NCBI GenBank assembly: GCA_963514005.1
Contig: OY740820.1
Coordinates: 23,932,001-23,996,000, forward strand
Source of the DNA: Raja brachyura
Lineage: Eukaryota
Length of the DNA stretch: 64,000 nucleotides
Direction: 5' to 3'
The notes beneath the pieces are model-generated. The model was given only the letters and a program-made list of their open reading frames with translations, was not told the DNA's origin and searched no databases. This document shows, in pieces, positions 1 through 13,774 of this stretch. Each line of letters begins with the position of its first letter. Position 1 is the first letter of the stretch. The position numbers and the translations under genes were made by a program.

Positions 1-204
1 ACCTTCCAACACAGAGCTGATGCCCTGGGGCGGGTCCAGAGAGGAGTAACTTTGATACAAACTCATGGCATTAATATAGTTATTAGTCATTTCAGATACA
101 GAGGGTATGACAAGCTAGTAACCAATCATCTGAGTCCTTCTGGTGATTTACAACATCAGTTGCATGATCCCCTTTCCCTGGCCTCATTACAACCTTTGTT
201 TGCC

Positions 205-1163
205 TGTGGTATAACTTTGCTTATTTTATTTCAACACAGCAAAACCCCAGAAGGCCCAATTATCAAAGAACACCTCTCAAAATATAAGATACATTTGTAA
301 TACAATTATCACACGTCATACACACTTCCCATATCAAGAAGAAAGATATTTCTATAAATCTAAACAATTTCTATAAGTCTAATGTTTACATTCCTACTAA
401 GACAATACATTTCATAACTTGTTTCACGACAATTTTACTATTACATATGTATTTAAAACATTAATTATATAAGTTTGCTGAATTACAATTTCTAAGTTCA
501 AAACACATGCACATGTCCCAAGCATGCATGGGTTGTAAATCTGTCAACTTAGTTGATAAGTGTTTGGTACCAGGAGAAACTTCATTCTTAACTTACAGCC
601 TCCCCTTTTTCTGCTACAGTATCTCTGGGAGATGTATTTCCAATCTCTCTACAAGGCCTTTTACAAATATTACAGAACAAAGCATAAAATCACAATTCAG
701 AATTACATCAGTATCCATCAATCTAATTAGCTTCTTCTCCAAGCAACTACTCCGCTTCACATACGTCCTAATTCAACATAGCCAAGGCTAACTACAGGGC
801 CTCTTATCTCTCAGCCTTGAATTCTATCTCAAACTCAGCACAAACCTCATAACCTAAGAATTTACCCATAGAGAAAATAGTTGACCTCTGGCCTAAGAAG
901 AGGCCCCTATTCAGCTATCCATTCTTCAACACAAAGTCATATCAAATACAATTTCCTCCAGTATTACAATTGCCTCAAAGCAATAAACTAAGCTAAGCAT
1001 GTTCAGGTTAGCTGTTTCTATGTCTTGACTCATCGTTCCTGTGTGTGTATATGCTTAATTGCACTTTATTTAATCAGGAAAACCTTTAGCTTTTCTTTTG
1101 CAAATTACCTAGCTTATATAAAAGTCAGTATCCGAGCAGTACTATTTATATAATACTTCCTCA
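205..1163 (-). mobile_element. Possible solo LTR
   Basis: Minus strand begins TGAGGAAG..., has TATA-like motifs, and ends AATAAAATAAGCAAAGTTATACCACA. AT-rich and distinct from the flanks; no clear TSD. Confidence 0.3.
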
Positions 1164-1546
1164 AATGCACTGCATATCATAGGCAGATTGCAATGTGTTA
1201 ATGCAAGTATTTAACTCTGCAATTGGGGAAGCATTTCAGGCAGTAAAGAAAAATTGTCACTTCACTGTGGAAAAATAATATGCTGTGAGTGCGCACAGCA
1301 TCATCACACAATCCCCAGGGTGAGACGGCACCTTCAGGGTCTGCCAGGGGAGGTAAATCTCATCCCCACTCGTTGTGAAGGATGGATACTAGAAGTGCAC
1401 AAGATGGAGTTAGATATATTGTGAACGATTGGGCCACGGAAAACTAACACTGAAGAGGATTTGCAATAGAAAGGACCAGCCATGATCATAATGAATCGTG
1501 GGGGCAGGTTCGAGTGGCCAAGTGCCTAGTCCTGCTTAAATGTTTT

Positions 1547-1740
1547 AAAAAGACACAAAGTGCTGGAGTAACTCAGTGGGTCAGGCAGCAACGCTGGAGA
1601 ACATGGATAGGTGACATTTCAGGTCGGCATACTTTTTCAGACTGATCAGTCTGAAGAAGGGTCCTGACCGGAAACATCACCTATCCATTCTCCAGGGATG
1701 CTGCCTGACCTGCTGAGTCACTCCAGCACTTTTGTCTTTT
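1547..1740. mobile_element. Fold-back (inverted) pair of Penelope pLTR fragments
   Basis: Two inverted pLTR arms meeting at the palindrome CAGACTGATCAGTCTG. Confidence 0.8.
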
Positions 1741-1889
1741 TTTGTAAAACAACATCTGCAGTTCGTTGTTTCTATATTTTGTCTGCTTTAACTTTTGGGT
1801 TCTTGTGTTATATTCAGGAACAATACCCCAGGAAGAGTCAATTCCCCATGGAGAGTCAATAACATCTTCATGTAAAGAACAACTCAATG

Positions 1890-2580
1890 GAGAAGGGACT
1901 AAAATTCCTTGGGGTACCGACTGGCACATAGTTTCCTGAAAGTGGCAACACAGGGAGAAAGGGTGGTGAAGATGGCATTTAGCATCTTTGCTTTCATCAG
2001 TCAGGACATTCAGTACAGGAAGTGGAACATCGTGTTGGATACATACAAAACGTTTGTGAGCATCGTTCACAGTTCCCGTCCCCCAGCCTTAAGAAGGACG
2101 CCATTGAGCTGGAAAGGGAATGGAAAATATTGATGAGGATGTTACCAAGACTGAAGGGTTTGAATTATAAGGAGACGTTGGATAGACTGGGACTTTTTTC
2201 CCTCGAGCGTAGGAGGCTGAGGGGTGACCTTATAGAGTTTATAAAATGATAAGGATGTAGATAAGGTGGATGGTCATAGTATTTTTCCCAGGGCAGAGGA
2301 GTCAATAATTAGGTATAGATTTAAAGTGAGAGAGGAAAGAATTATAAGGGACCTGAGGGGCAACTATATCATAGTGTGGAGTGGGTAAATGGAATGAGCT
2401 GCCAAAGGAAGCGGTAGAAACAGGTACAATTATAACATTTAAAAAATATTTGAACAGATGCAAGGATAGAAAAGGATTAGAGAGATACGAGTCAAATCAG
2501 GCAAATGGGACTAGCTGAGATAGACATTGGTCAGCATGGAGGAGCTGGGCCGAATGGTCTGTATTTGAGCTGTCTGCCTC
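1890..2580 (+). mobile_element. CR1 LINE 3' fragment
   Basis: RMLPRLKGLNYKETLDRLGLFSLERRRLRGDLIE, the typical CR1 ORF2 C-terminus; boundaries approximate. Confidence 0.85.
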
Positions 2581-2815
2581 TACAGCTTTAAGAGGGAGGC
2601 AAGGATGCAGAAACTGATTATGAAGGAATTTTTAAGATAATGAAGGAGACAAAGAGGTGGGATTCAAAGCTGGATCAGTGAGAGAGAGAATGAATTGAGT
2701 GGTTTAATAATGTGGAACAGAAGCACCATATCTAAGCAGCCCATTAAGTCAGAGCAATGGTTTCTTCACACAAGCTCTCATCTCCTCCCACTGACCTGCA
2801 CTGTAAATTAACAAC

Positions 2816-2911
2816 GGTTACACAAAAAGCTGGAGATACTCAGCGGGTGCAGCAGCATCTAAGGAGCGAAGGAGATAGGCGACGTTTCGGGTCGAGACCC
2901 TTCTTCAGACG
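2816..2911 (-). mobile_element. Short Penelope pLTR insertion with hammerhead core
   Basis: Near-identical reverse complement of 15492-15586; 15-bp TSD CTGTAAATTAACAAC (2801-2815, 2912-2926). Confidence 0.88.
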
Positions 2912-4939
2912 CTGTAAATTAACAACTCTAACTTCAATATCTCTGATGTTTCTTGCTGCCTGTCTTTGCCAGCAGTCTTCAGGGAAATCTACTTGGGAAT
3001 AAGCATCATCCCCAATTCCTTCTCGGAAATTGCAAGTATTAGAAAATGACAAAGACTCTGACAAACCCCACTGCACAAGGAACATGGGTTATTTTTCCCT
3101 TTCCTTGCTTTCATGCCAAATGGATGCCATTTCATCAAAATCATCTATATCAAACCACTGGAGATGAATATTCAGCTCAGTATTGTAATATGTCGCATGT
3201 CTCTAATCTACAAACTGAGGCTGCATGTCTCTAATCTACAAGCTGCCCCTGTGATGTGAACTGCTGCGTTTGCAGCTTGTCGTAGCACAAGGCCTGTAGG
3301 GATGGATCCAAGCATCAGGTTGAGAGGGGCAAGGTGACAGGAGCTAGGTTTCAAGGAAACATGCAGGGCAAAGTGATGGGTGCCTGAAACGTGCTGCTGG
3401 GGTTGGTGGTGAAGGCAGATATGATAGTGGCGTTTAAGAGGCTTTTAGATCGGCACATAGATATGCAGGGAGTGGAGTGATATAGATCATGTCAGGCAGA
3501 GCAGACTCGTTTTATTTGGCATCATGTCGGCATGGACACTGTGGGCCAAAGGGCCTATTTCTGTGCTTTTCTATGTTATATGTTCCAGGCAACCCTGGTG
3601 TGGTGGAGAAGATACCAAACTCAGCCACTGCTGACCACAAAATCACATGAGAAACTGATACAGAGCTGCGGTGTTTAAAATAAACATTCAAAGGCTAGTT
3701 GAGTGGAAACCAAAAAGTTCATCATCCATCTGATCAGAGTGCTCCGATCCAGACACATGGACCCTGGGCTGAAACCAACAATATCACACCCACTGCCACT
3801 CCACCCATTCCAGCCAGGAACAGTGCAACTCCGCAGATCCCACAGCAACTTCCTGGTACCCCAAAAGATGCTATGCAAATGTATAGCTCTTCTTTACTTT
3901 GCCAAAATTTGCTCTTTTGACAGGCAATAAACAGGCATTTCGGTCAGGAATCAGCGATATGCTTAAATGCACCCCTCAGATTCAATCTTTATCCTTCATA
4001 AGGACTTATGACGTCTGCTATTGTCTAAGTTTGATCACAGGGGCCTGGTATACTGCAGGAGAGACAGAGACATTCCAGCCAGCCCTATGGTTTTCAAAAC
4101 ATTACACATCTAATCGCAGAAAAATAGCAAGTTTTATCACACAGACAAAAACAAATTAATTAGAAATCAAATAGTTATGCAGGAAGGCTGCAGCAAGCCC
4201 TGGAAATCCCTGATGCCAAGATCAGCTTCGACCCATTCCTGCTCCTTGCCACAGACCTTCACCGCACAGTTCTGTCATTGGCCCCCTACCTGTGCGATCC
4301 AACTCCCTCATACGCCTTTGCCAAGCTTGGTCTTGTAGGGTGCAATGACAGGCTGGTGCCAAGAGCCATGGGTGCAGTGATTGACTGGGACTGAGAGCCA
4401 GGGGTTAGCCATGGGCTGAGACAAAGGAGGAGAGTATGGATGAGCCAAACGAGCTGTGAGGTGCCAGGAACAAGAACTTTGGGATATGAGAAAGGCTGTA
4501 GACAGTGCAGTCTCAGCCCAGGGGGCAATGATTTCTGTCCAAAATAACACTAATTGGAGGAGGGTGGCTGCATTGATGCAACTGCTGACGTTGGCCATTG
4601 CTGATAGGATCTCTGAAGGACGTGACATGCAGTGAATAGGACTGAGCGTCTGCCATAGCAGAGCCCAACAATGCTGGAACTCACAGAGCGACTTCCGCTG
4701 GCCGCACTCTATTAGCCTTGTGCTGATGTTTGTTTTCAATACACATTTCCTCTCCACGTGCACCTGCCATTGAAATTGATGAGTTATTGCATGGGAAACA
4801 GGAAATATTCCATTAATATTTCCTTCCACACCTCTTAGCAATCTAAACGAGAGTAAAGTCCTGTCAAAACACACACAGCCCTTCCGAACATTCACCAATA
4901 ATCTAAGAGCATTGCATTCAGCAACCAGAGCTTCACACA

Positions 4940-5250
4940 TACAAACCACAGGGATGTCATAGTCAGTCAGCCTTGATCGATTGCTGTTTGTCTATTGTCA
5001 CAACAGGTCCATGGCAGATGCCATCTCCCGGACTCAACTCTTCCTAGGATCTTGTGGATTACAAAGATATCTATGTTAAGATTCCTATTTATTGAGTGTT
5101 TCTCTGCTTTAACATAATAATCCCAACCAAACCCATCTCCAAACTCCTGAACATAGGTCAGCACTCCCCTTTACAACTTGATCCTCAACTTCCTGGCCCC
5201 TCGACCACAATCAGTGAATATAGGTAACAAAACATTGTCCATGTAATTCT
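4940..5250 (+). mobile_element. Rex1/Babar LINE RT remnant
   Basis: Degenerate match to YVRLLFIDYSSAFNTIIP...CNWILDFL..RPQSVRIG; boundaries approximate. Confidence 0.6.
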
Positions 5251-5621
5251 CACCTCCGCTGCTCTGGTATAACCAGAATGGGCAAGGTCTATGTAGGCAC
5301 TCCTGGGATCCACACAACACGTACATCCCCTTACATAAAGAGAGATGTAAGCATCTTGAGAGATACAACGCTGCGTTGCTCAGACACACGACTTTTACTA
5401 CTGAGCTCTTCACTAACAAAGAAGTGTGTCCCTCCTCAAACTGGAAAGTGTACATTGTGCCTGGAAGGTGAATGAGGATGCAAGGATACACACCAAAAGC
5501 TGGAGTAATTCAGCGGGACAGGCAGCATCTCTGGAGAGAAGAAATGGGTGACGTTTCGGGTCGACAACAGTTTCTACATGCGATTCCCCGTGTGCAGACA
5601 TTCTGCAAATATGTCCCACCT

Positions 5622-6197
5622 TTTTGGATTTGCATCTGCTGCTTGAAGACTTGTTGATACAATTGTCCCGATAAACTGCGTGTCTTGCTCTCTGCCCGTA
5701 CAGTGTCATGTTGAGGGGAATTAGACAATGATGGCACAGGGGGAATGGCTACTTGGGTTGTGTTCCAGGCAGGGATCAGTGCATAGAACCCCACCAAATA
5801 AGTTATCAGGGGGCTAACGAACGATACCGCAAGGGAAAATATCTGAATATAAAACGAGTAACATTTCTCCTCCCCAAACATCAGTGGAAGACAAACCTGA
5901 CCTCCCTCTATTGAATATTCATTGCAGTTTGATTACAGCCCCCTGCAGCAAACAGTGGAGATGTGGAAGTAGACAGAGACAAATGGCACACTTGTACGGC
6001 GACAACCACATTGAAACCATGCTTAGCCTGAAGCAGTCACACCGCCTAACACCAGCCAAAGCATGAATACTAATTAGCAGACAGAGCTGACAAGCTAATT
6101 CCCCTCAACATGACACTGTACGGGCAGAGAGTGAGACACGCAGTTTATCGGGACAATTGTATCAACAACTCTTCAAGCAGCAGAAGCAAATCCAAAA
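5622..6197. repeat. 103-bp inverted repeat (arms 5622-5724 and 6095-6197)
   Basis: Arms are reverse complements with 4 mismatches by manual alignment; 370-bp spacer. Confidence 0.92.
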
Positions 6198-7894
6198 TGA
6201 CTGTCCTTTGAGAGCAATTTTGTGAAACTGATTATTGTCCCCAAATCAAAGCAGACAGTTCATGAGTTTCACTTTGCGGAAAATGAAGATTGGGAAGAGG
6301 ATGATGCAGTGGGCTGGTCTCACACTGTGATGCTTGGACAGGTAAAATAATGAGGAAGGGTCTCGACCCGATACGTCACCCATTCCTTTTCTCCAGAGAT
6401 GCTGCCTGTCCTGTCCCGCTGAGTTACTCCAGATTTTTATGGAGTGCAGGAAACTCAGCGCTCCCCTCTCCAAACCCCATCTCTGCTGCTCAGCTCTTCA
6501 TGCCTTGTAAGGTTAATCAGCGTCAGCACTTCCCTCCATTCACACATGTAGTCTTCAATGAGGCATCGGAGCTCAGCGGATTCTCTGGCGGTGAGGGGTC
6601 CCAGAGACGGTCAGGCGGATACTTGGTCCAGGAGAGTCGTAGTGTTGATGTGCTGTGCGTATGATAATCACTGGCATTTAGGATCAAAGTATCAAACATA
6701 TTCTGGGCAGCTGGTAAATGTCAACAGGAGTATACAATAAAAAGAAATCATTTGGGGGCCTCTGCTCTGGGGGACTGGGATAATCTGCTTTAGATTTTTT
6801 TTTACTGTGTAAGCAAATATTTCAAGAGATGCATCAGAATTCACAAAATGGGCTGATCATGGAATCACTGAAGCCCATACGCCCCGGCAGAGCCATCCAA
6901 TGAGCCCTTTCCTCTGCTCCCTCTCCGTGGGCCTGCATGCTTATCCTCAGCATTTCTCCATTCGCCTCAGGAGCGGCACACTTGCCTCTGCCTCAGTCGT
7001 TCCACGTTCAAACTCGAGAACAAAATGTAAACTATTGCTCCACTCATGAAGATGACATCATTCAACGTTTGATCTCTCCTCCCCTTTACCTACTTAAAAC
7101 CTGTTGTATCTCTAACATTTCTCAGTTCTGATCGAAGATCAATGCCCTGAACCAATAACTCTATTTTTCTTTCCGCAAATATGACATGACCTGTTGAATA
7201 TTTCCAGTGTGCATTTCATTTAATGAACAAAGGGCTCCCGATTGTCTCAAGTTAATGGAAAGGTCCTGGTGCATTACTCCATGGAACAGCAGGGAAGAAC
7301 TCTCGTATGTTGCTGATAAAAGTTTCACTGTACCTCGGTACACATGACGATAACCAAGCTGATTAACTGCCATGGAACCACAACCTCTGCTTGCCGATCC
7401 GCATGCCATGGAAATAGTTCCTCTCCAATCCATAATTAAAACCTTTCACAATGTTAACAATTATTTTACATAATGTGATTTAAAAAGCAGAATGTGAGTG
7501 ATGTACGGTGTGGGTGGTAACAGTCCTTGCATCACGTGATGCCGATAAGGTTTGGGCTGAGGCAACATTAGGTCAAAATATTGGTTTCCTAAAAGTCTCC
7601 CTTCCTCCCTCCTTAAGATGTTCTAGAAAATCTCATTCTCTGTTCCAATCTACTCACACCATCCATCCTCAGCCTTGTCCACTATTTAAGGAATAGTACA
7701 TATTTCACTTCACAGACCAAGTTCAATACTTAGATAATAACAAATAAGGCAAATCCTTCAAACACCAGGAGCCAGTATTGATTCCATGTCCCCCCTCCTC
7801 CAGGCCCATCATTTGTTCCATTTAATACTGCCTTCTACCAACATCCCTTTTGTCATTTAATGTTCCTTGCCTTCTAATCTATCACAACCCATCC

Positions 7895-9152
7895 CATATA
7901 ACCATATAACAACTACAGCACGGAAACAGGCCTTCTCGGCCCTTCCAGTCCGTTCCGACCATTTATTTTCCCCTAGTCCCATCTACCTGCACTCAGACCA
8001 TACCCCTCCATTCCCTTTCCGTCCATATACCTATCCACTTTACTTTTAAACGTTAAAATCGATCCTGCCTCCACCACTTCTGCAGGAAGATCATTCCACA
8101 CAGCCACCACTCTCTGAGTAAAGAAGTTCCCCCTCATGTTACCCCTAAACCTCTGTCCCTTAATTCTCATGTCATGCCCTCTTGTTTAAATCTTCCCTAC
8201 CCTCAATGGGAAAAGCTTATCCACGTCAACTCTCTCTATCCCTTTCATCATTTTAAAGACCTTAATCAAGTCCCCCCCTTAACCTTCTGCGCTCCAAAGA
8301 ATAAAGACCTAACTTGTTCAACCTTTCTCTTAGTTGCTTAGTTGCTGGAACCCAGGCAACATTCTAGTAAACCTCCTCTGTACTCTCTCTATTTTGTTGA
8401 CTTCCTATAATTAGGCGACCAAAATTGTACACCATACTCTAGAATTGGTCTCACCAATGCCTTGTACAATTTTAACATTACTTCCCTACTCCTATATTCA
8501 ATGCTCTGATTTATAAAGGCCAGCACACCAAAAGCTTTCTTTACCACCCTATCTACATGCGATTCCACCTTCAGGGAACTATGCACACTTATTCCTAGAT
8601 CCCTCTGTTCCACAGCATTCCTCAATTCCCTACCATTTATCATGTACGTCCTATTTTGATTTGTCCTGCCAAGATGTAGCACCTCACACTTATCAGCATT
8701 AAACTCCATCTACCATCTTTCAGCCCACTCTTCCAAATGGCCCAAATCTCTCTGTAGACTTTGAAAATCTACTTCATTATCCACAGCACCACCTATCTTA
8801 GTATCATCTGCATACTTACTTATCCAATTTTCCACCCCATCATCTAGATCATTGATGTACATGACAAACAACAGTGGACCCAACACAGATCCCTGAGGCA
8901 CCCCACTGGTCACCGGCTTCCAACCTGACAAACAGCCATCCACCATTACTCTCTGGCATCTCCCATTCAGCCACTGTTGAATCCATCTTGCTACTCCGCC
9001 ATTAACACCAAAAGATTGAACCTTCTTAACCAACCTTCCATGGGGAACCTTGTCAAAGGCCTTACTGAAATCCATATAGACAACATCCACTGCTTTACCC
9101 TCATCAATTTCCCTTGTAACTTCTTCAAAAAATTCAAGAAGGTTTGTTAAAC
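7895..9152 (-). mobile_element. CR1-clade LINE (HER1-like), 5'-truncated RT and 3' tail
   Basis: DVVYMDFSKAFDKVPH, SGVPQGSVLGPLLF, SKYADDTK; premature TAG at 8712-8710; frameshift near 8400; (GTTATATG)n tail. Confidence 0.92.
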
Positions 9153-10274
9153 AAATCGTCCCCTTAATTCTTTCTCTACTTAAAATGTGTTGATTTATAA
9201 GCTTTTTCTGTTCTGGTTAAAGATGAATGAATGCTGGACATTTAATTTTCTCTTCATTGTTGCTGCCTGACTACTGAGTATATTGTACATTGAAAACGTA
9301 CCTTTTGACATCAACATTAGTTTGATAATTTTGTCCACTGTACCTTTAACACTGTTTCAGGATATCTAAAAGTACTTTACAACTTTGAAGGTGTAATCAG
9401 TGGTATGTGTTGTATACAGTTTTGTGGTGTAGGCACGGTTGTGATGTTGGAATCGCAGCTGCCTTGGGATGTTTCATTATATGTGAGGTGCCGCATAAAT
9501 ATACGTTGCTGTCAATGCTGTAGATTTCTGCCAGCTGATAAGGTTTATATATTGCTGAAATGAATAAATAAAATATTACTAAGGAATGTGAGATAAAACC
9601 AGCCAGAAATATAAAAACAGATGGTACGAATCCCTATAGATATTTGTAAATGAGCTAACGGATTTTTAATCCTATAGAAAACTAATATGGGGAATTAATT
9701 AACCAGTCTTTAACCATTATGGAAGATACAGGTAGTATATTAGAAACAGCTCTACATCAAGAATTGGCGAGCAGAGAAACTCAGGAAAATAACAATTACA
9801 TTAGTTCGTAGGCCCCATAGCCCCTGACACCCAATTACAAGGGTAGGTGGACTGAACAAATGGGCAAAGCTGTGGGCTGACAGGTCTCCAGGACCTATGT
9901 ACTTCATCCAAGGGTCTTGAAATGAGTGGCCAATGAGAACGTTGATGCCTGGTTTTAATTTTCCAAAATTCCCTAGATTTTTGAAAACTTAAGTGTAATA
10001 TTTTACAATTTAGTAATACTCCATTATTCAAAAAGAAGGAAGGTTAAAACGCATGAAACTGCAGGCCAGTTGGATTAACATCAATCAAAGAAAAAATTAC
10101 AAGCTGTTATTATTGATGTTAAAACAGTGCACTATGAAAATTAATCAGGCAAAGACCATAGGGCTTTCGGAAAGCTTTCTAGTTAAATCAAATTATTGGA
10201 TTTCTCTGAAGAAGTAACAAGTTCTCTGAATTGGGGGAAGGGGGTGGCGCGCTGTATTATAAACTTTTGGGAGA

Positions 10275-10555
10275 TATAGCGCAGAAACACACCCACGGAA
10301 TCTGCACCTACCAACACATCACCGCATACACTTGCACTATCCTACACAATAAGGACAATTTACCTTTTTTTTAACCAAAGTCGATTAACATACAATCCTG
10401 TACGTTTTTGGAGTGTGGGAGGAAACCAGAGAAAACCCACGCAGTCACATAGAGAACACACAAACTCCATACAGACAGCACCTGTAGTCAGGATTGAAAC
10501 CAGGTCTCTGGATCCGTAAGGTAACATTTCTTCTGTTGCACCACCATGCCACCTT
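10275..10555 (-). mobile_element. tRNA-derived V-SINE (HE1-like)
   Basis: tRNA-like head followed by the V-domain GGAGTTTG..TGTTCTC...GGTTTCCTCCCAC; partial copies at ~11.9-12.06 kb, ~15.7 kb and ~21.0-21.15 kb. Confidence 0.75.
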
Positions 10556-11308
10556 AATTTATACTTAGTTTTACGTATAATTTGTGTCAAAAAAAATAAT
10601 AAAGTGTTTTTAGTTCAAGGTCATGGAACTAACCATGGGGAGGTTTTTGCTTGGAAAACAGGAAGGCTCAAATGGATCCCTTTCTAGTTACAAAATATAA
10701 TGAACTTATTAAGCAAGGAGATGAAAAGCTGCTACAGGTTAGGGTTAGGGTTGGAGATGAGATTTACAACCAGATCAGCCATGATCTTATTGAACGGCAG
10801 AGCAGGCTTCAGAGGCCGAGGGCTAGTGCTGCTCTTCATCTGAAGGCTCAAATGTTCATGTGTAGCTAAAGCAACATAACATCCTCACACCTCAAACTCC
10901 CACACTCTACAGCTCAAACCATGCACTCCACACGCTGCCCACATGCGCAACATCAGATTCACACTTTCATCAGAGAATAGGCAGCAGATTAAAGCTTACA
11001 AGAAGCACTGCTTTTTTTCTGCCACTCAGATTAGAATTCCTGTCCCGTGAAGGAAATACCTCCACCCTGAGATAAACTGCAGCCACGTCTTCTTTGTATC
11101 TATCATATCTGCAGATTTTGGATAAACCCTAGTTCTCCAGGGACACCTTCCCTCTGCTCACTGCTTCTCCCAGGCACTCTGCCTTTCTGCACACGTCTCC
11201 TTGCCTCTCTCTTCTCACGAAGGCAACATGCTGTATTGCATGTTTCATGAATCTAAGGAACTCATATCCACAGGCTAATAGAAGAGAATGAAGCTACACT
11301 TGCCAACG

Positions 11309-11322
11309 GTTTCCATGGTAAC
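11309..11322. promoter_or_regulatory. RFX X-box (intronic)
   Basis: GTTTCCATGGTAAC, near-perfect palindromic X-box in non-repeat sequence. Confidence 0.55.
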
Positions 11323-11731
11323 CTTCAGTCAGTGAGGGAACTCAAATAGGGGGTGGGGTGGAGCCTGTCACATCCTGCCAACTGACATTGCTCTTCTTTT
11401 GTTTAAGCAAGGAGACAGCTCATGTAGAATTGCCTCTGCAACAGCTGGAAAACAGCACGGTTTACATACACATCTACCACAAAACACCCTTCCCCAGTCC
11501 CGCATCCTCCTCTAGCCTCATCCCCACATCCAGCACCCTCCTCCACTGCATCTGAGGCATGGTGGTATAGTCGTTCTATCACTGGTATAGGAGCCAGTGT
11601 TCTGGGTCCAAAAAACATGGGCACCAGTTTGAAACCCACCTTGACCATCAGGACGTTTACATTCAAATAAAAAGCAATTAGAAAATTCTAATATGTATAA
11701 ATTACTTAGTCTCAGTGAAATAAGAAAAAAA

Positions 11732-11762
<31 letters not shown>

Positions 11763-11779
11763 GAGACACACACACACAC
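11732..11779. repeat. (GA)n(CA)n compound microsatellite
   Basis: Direct reading. Confidence 0.95.
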
Positions 11780-13774
11780 CAGTGAGAGACGAAAATAAAG
11801 AAAGTGTGGAAGCAGGCCCTTTGGTCCACTGAGTCCGCAGCAACCAGAAACCGCTCATTACATTAATCCAACATTAAGATGATTTTTTTTATTTTCCCTA
11901 CATTCTCATCGATTATCTCAGAATCTGCGGTCACCTGCAATTTATAATGGCCAATAAATCTGCTAATTCATGCGTCTTTAGGGTGTGGGTTTTCTCCGAG
12001 TCCACTGGTTTCCTCCCACGCCCCAAAGACTTGTGGGTTGTAGGTTAATTAGCCACTGTGGATTATGGAAAACAAATCTGGTAGGAAAGGTGCAATAACT
12101 GTCCTTACCAGCAGTGCCACATCCTCCAGCTCCATTCTCCCCTCACAGCCCAACCACACCTCCACACCAACCCCAGAGACCACAAGCATCACGACCTGCC
12201 CAGACGTTGCAGCAAAAAACAGCATGTTTTTTCCCTTAAATATTGGGAGACTGAGCCATTCCCCTTTGGAACCTTCAACCATCACTGTTCCTGTTCTCAC
12301 CAACACCATCTCCTTCTCTGAGATCCACCAGTAACCGGTTCTCAACCAAAGTGTTTGCCACCAGATATCATTCTAAGACAGCACCAAAGCACCTTTCATG
12401 GTCACCAATACGACCACAATTCCACCCCAGTGTTGCTGCCAGACTCCACCACTGCTGAAACTCTTTCCCATACCTTTATCTAAACTTTGTTTCTGGCCTT
12501 ACATAAATTTGAAGCCAACCAAAGATCTGTGTCCTTGCCTCAAGTTTGTTCACCCATCACACGTGCTATGTGTCTAAAGTACAACAATTCTCATCTTTGT
12601 TTTATAATCGTTTCATGATATCACCTCTGCTGCCCTCAGTAACCACACAGCCCAAAAACTGCAAAATCTCCTTGTTCTTCTAATTTGGGTTTGCTCATCC
12701 CACGACAGCTGTGTTCTCAGTTGCCAAGGCAGTAAGGTGTGGAATTCCTCTCTGCCTTTCCCCTCCTTTAAAATGCTACAAAAAAAACTGCCTCTGGTCT
12801 GTCCTAGCAATCCTTTATATGACAGCATCAATTTTCCTTTGCTAAAACTCCTTGGAAGCATTTCAATTCTTTTAATGTACCAAAGTAACCTCTTTTAATT
12901 CATCTCATGAGATGCTGGGTTGCTGGCAAGGCCAGGATTTATGGCCATCCGTAATGCCCCACCAGCTGCCTTCTTGAACCATTACTTTATTGTATAAGCA
13001 TTTCCTTAGCAATGTAGGGCAGGGAGTTGCAGGACTCACACCCTGGGACGGTGCAAACAAGTCTCATGAATGATGGTGTGTGACTTGGAGAAGGTGATGC
13101 TCCATTACACCTGCAGTCTTTGTTCATCTAGTTGGTGGAGGCTGGAGGCTGGGGAAATATTGTCGGAGAAACACTAGTTGGTTGTTCATTTTGAAAATAA
13201 ATTGGTCGGGCTTGAAGACAATAATGTCAGGCCCAGGAGTCAGCTCAGAACATACAAAAAGCAGACGAGTTGAACATAACAAACTGATCAAGTATAAAAG
13301 GCCAAATACTGCAAGAAAGAAAACTGGGTGATCATTTTCCAAGCAGTGTCAATATGAAGGATCTTGGGTATGATCAGTCATTTGAAGCAGTCTAAGTAAA
13401 CTAGAGAATGCATTAACTTTTTAATATTGTAAACTGAGTACTGTGTTGGATCTGTATAAATAATGGCCACTGGTGGCAAGCCCTCAGAGCAGTGCTGTTC
13501 CCAGAGGATTAGTTCTGGTTAGACAACGGTACCTCCCCAGTAGAAGGCAGGAGAGTGACAGGGCCCCATACATAGTGCGTGAAAGTTGGACAAGAGGAAC
13601 TGGGTGAAACCAGACAGGGGCTAACAGGTCAGATGGCTCAGTTTCACAAGGAATGAGTACTATTAAACTGCATCTTGAAACCACACGAAAATTAGATCAA
13701 TTTAATTGCCTCCTGCAGAAACCTGTTACATTAAGTCTTGGAGTCCCTTTGGCTCACCAGAATACACTAACTAC

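Noticed and set aside
3195-3241. 19-bp direct repeat GCATGTCTCTAATCTACAA
   Set aside because: Simple local tandem duplication with no further structure.
4308-4949. 213-aa minus-strand ORF
   Set aside because: No recognisable domain or splice structure; likely a chance ORF.
12065-12334. Ser/Thr-rich mucin-like ORF
   Set aside because: Lies in what looks like decayed L2-like LINE sequence; opposite strand to the host gene and no splice support.
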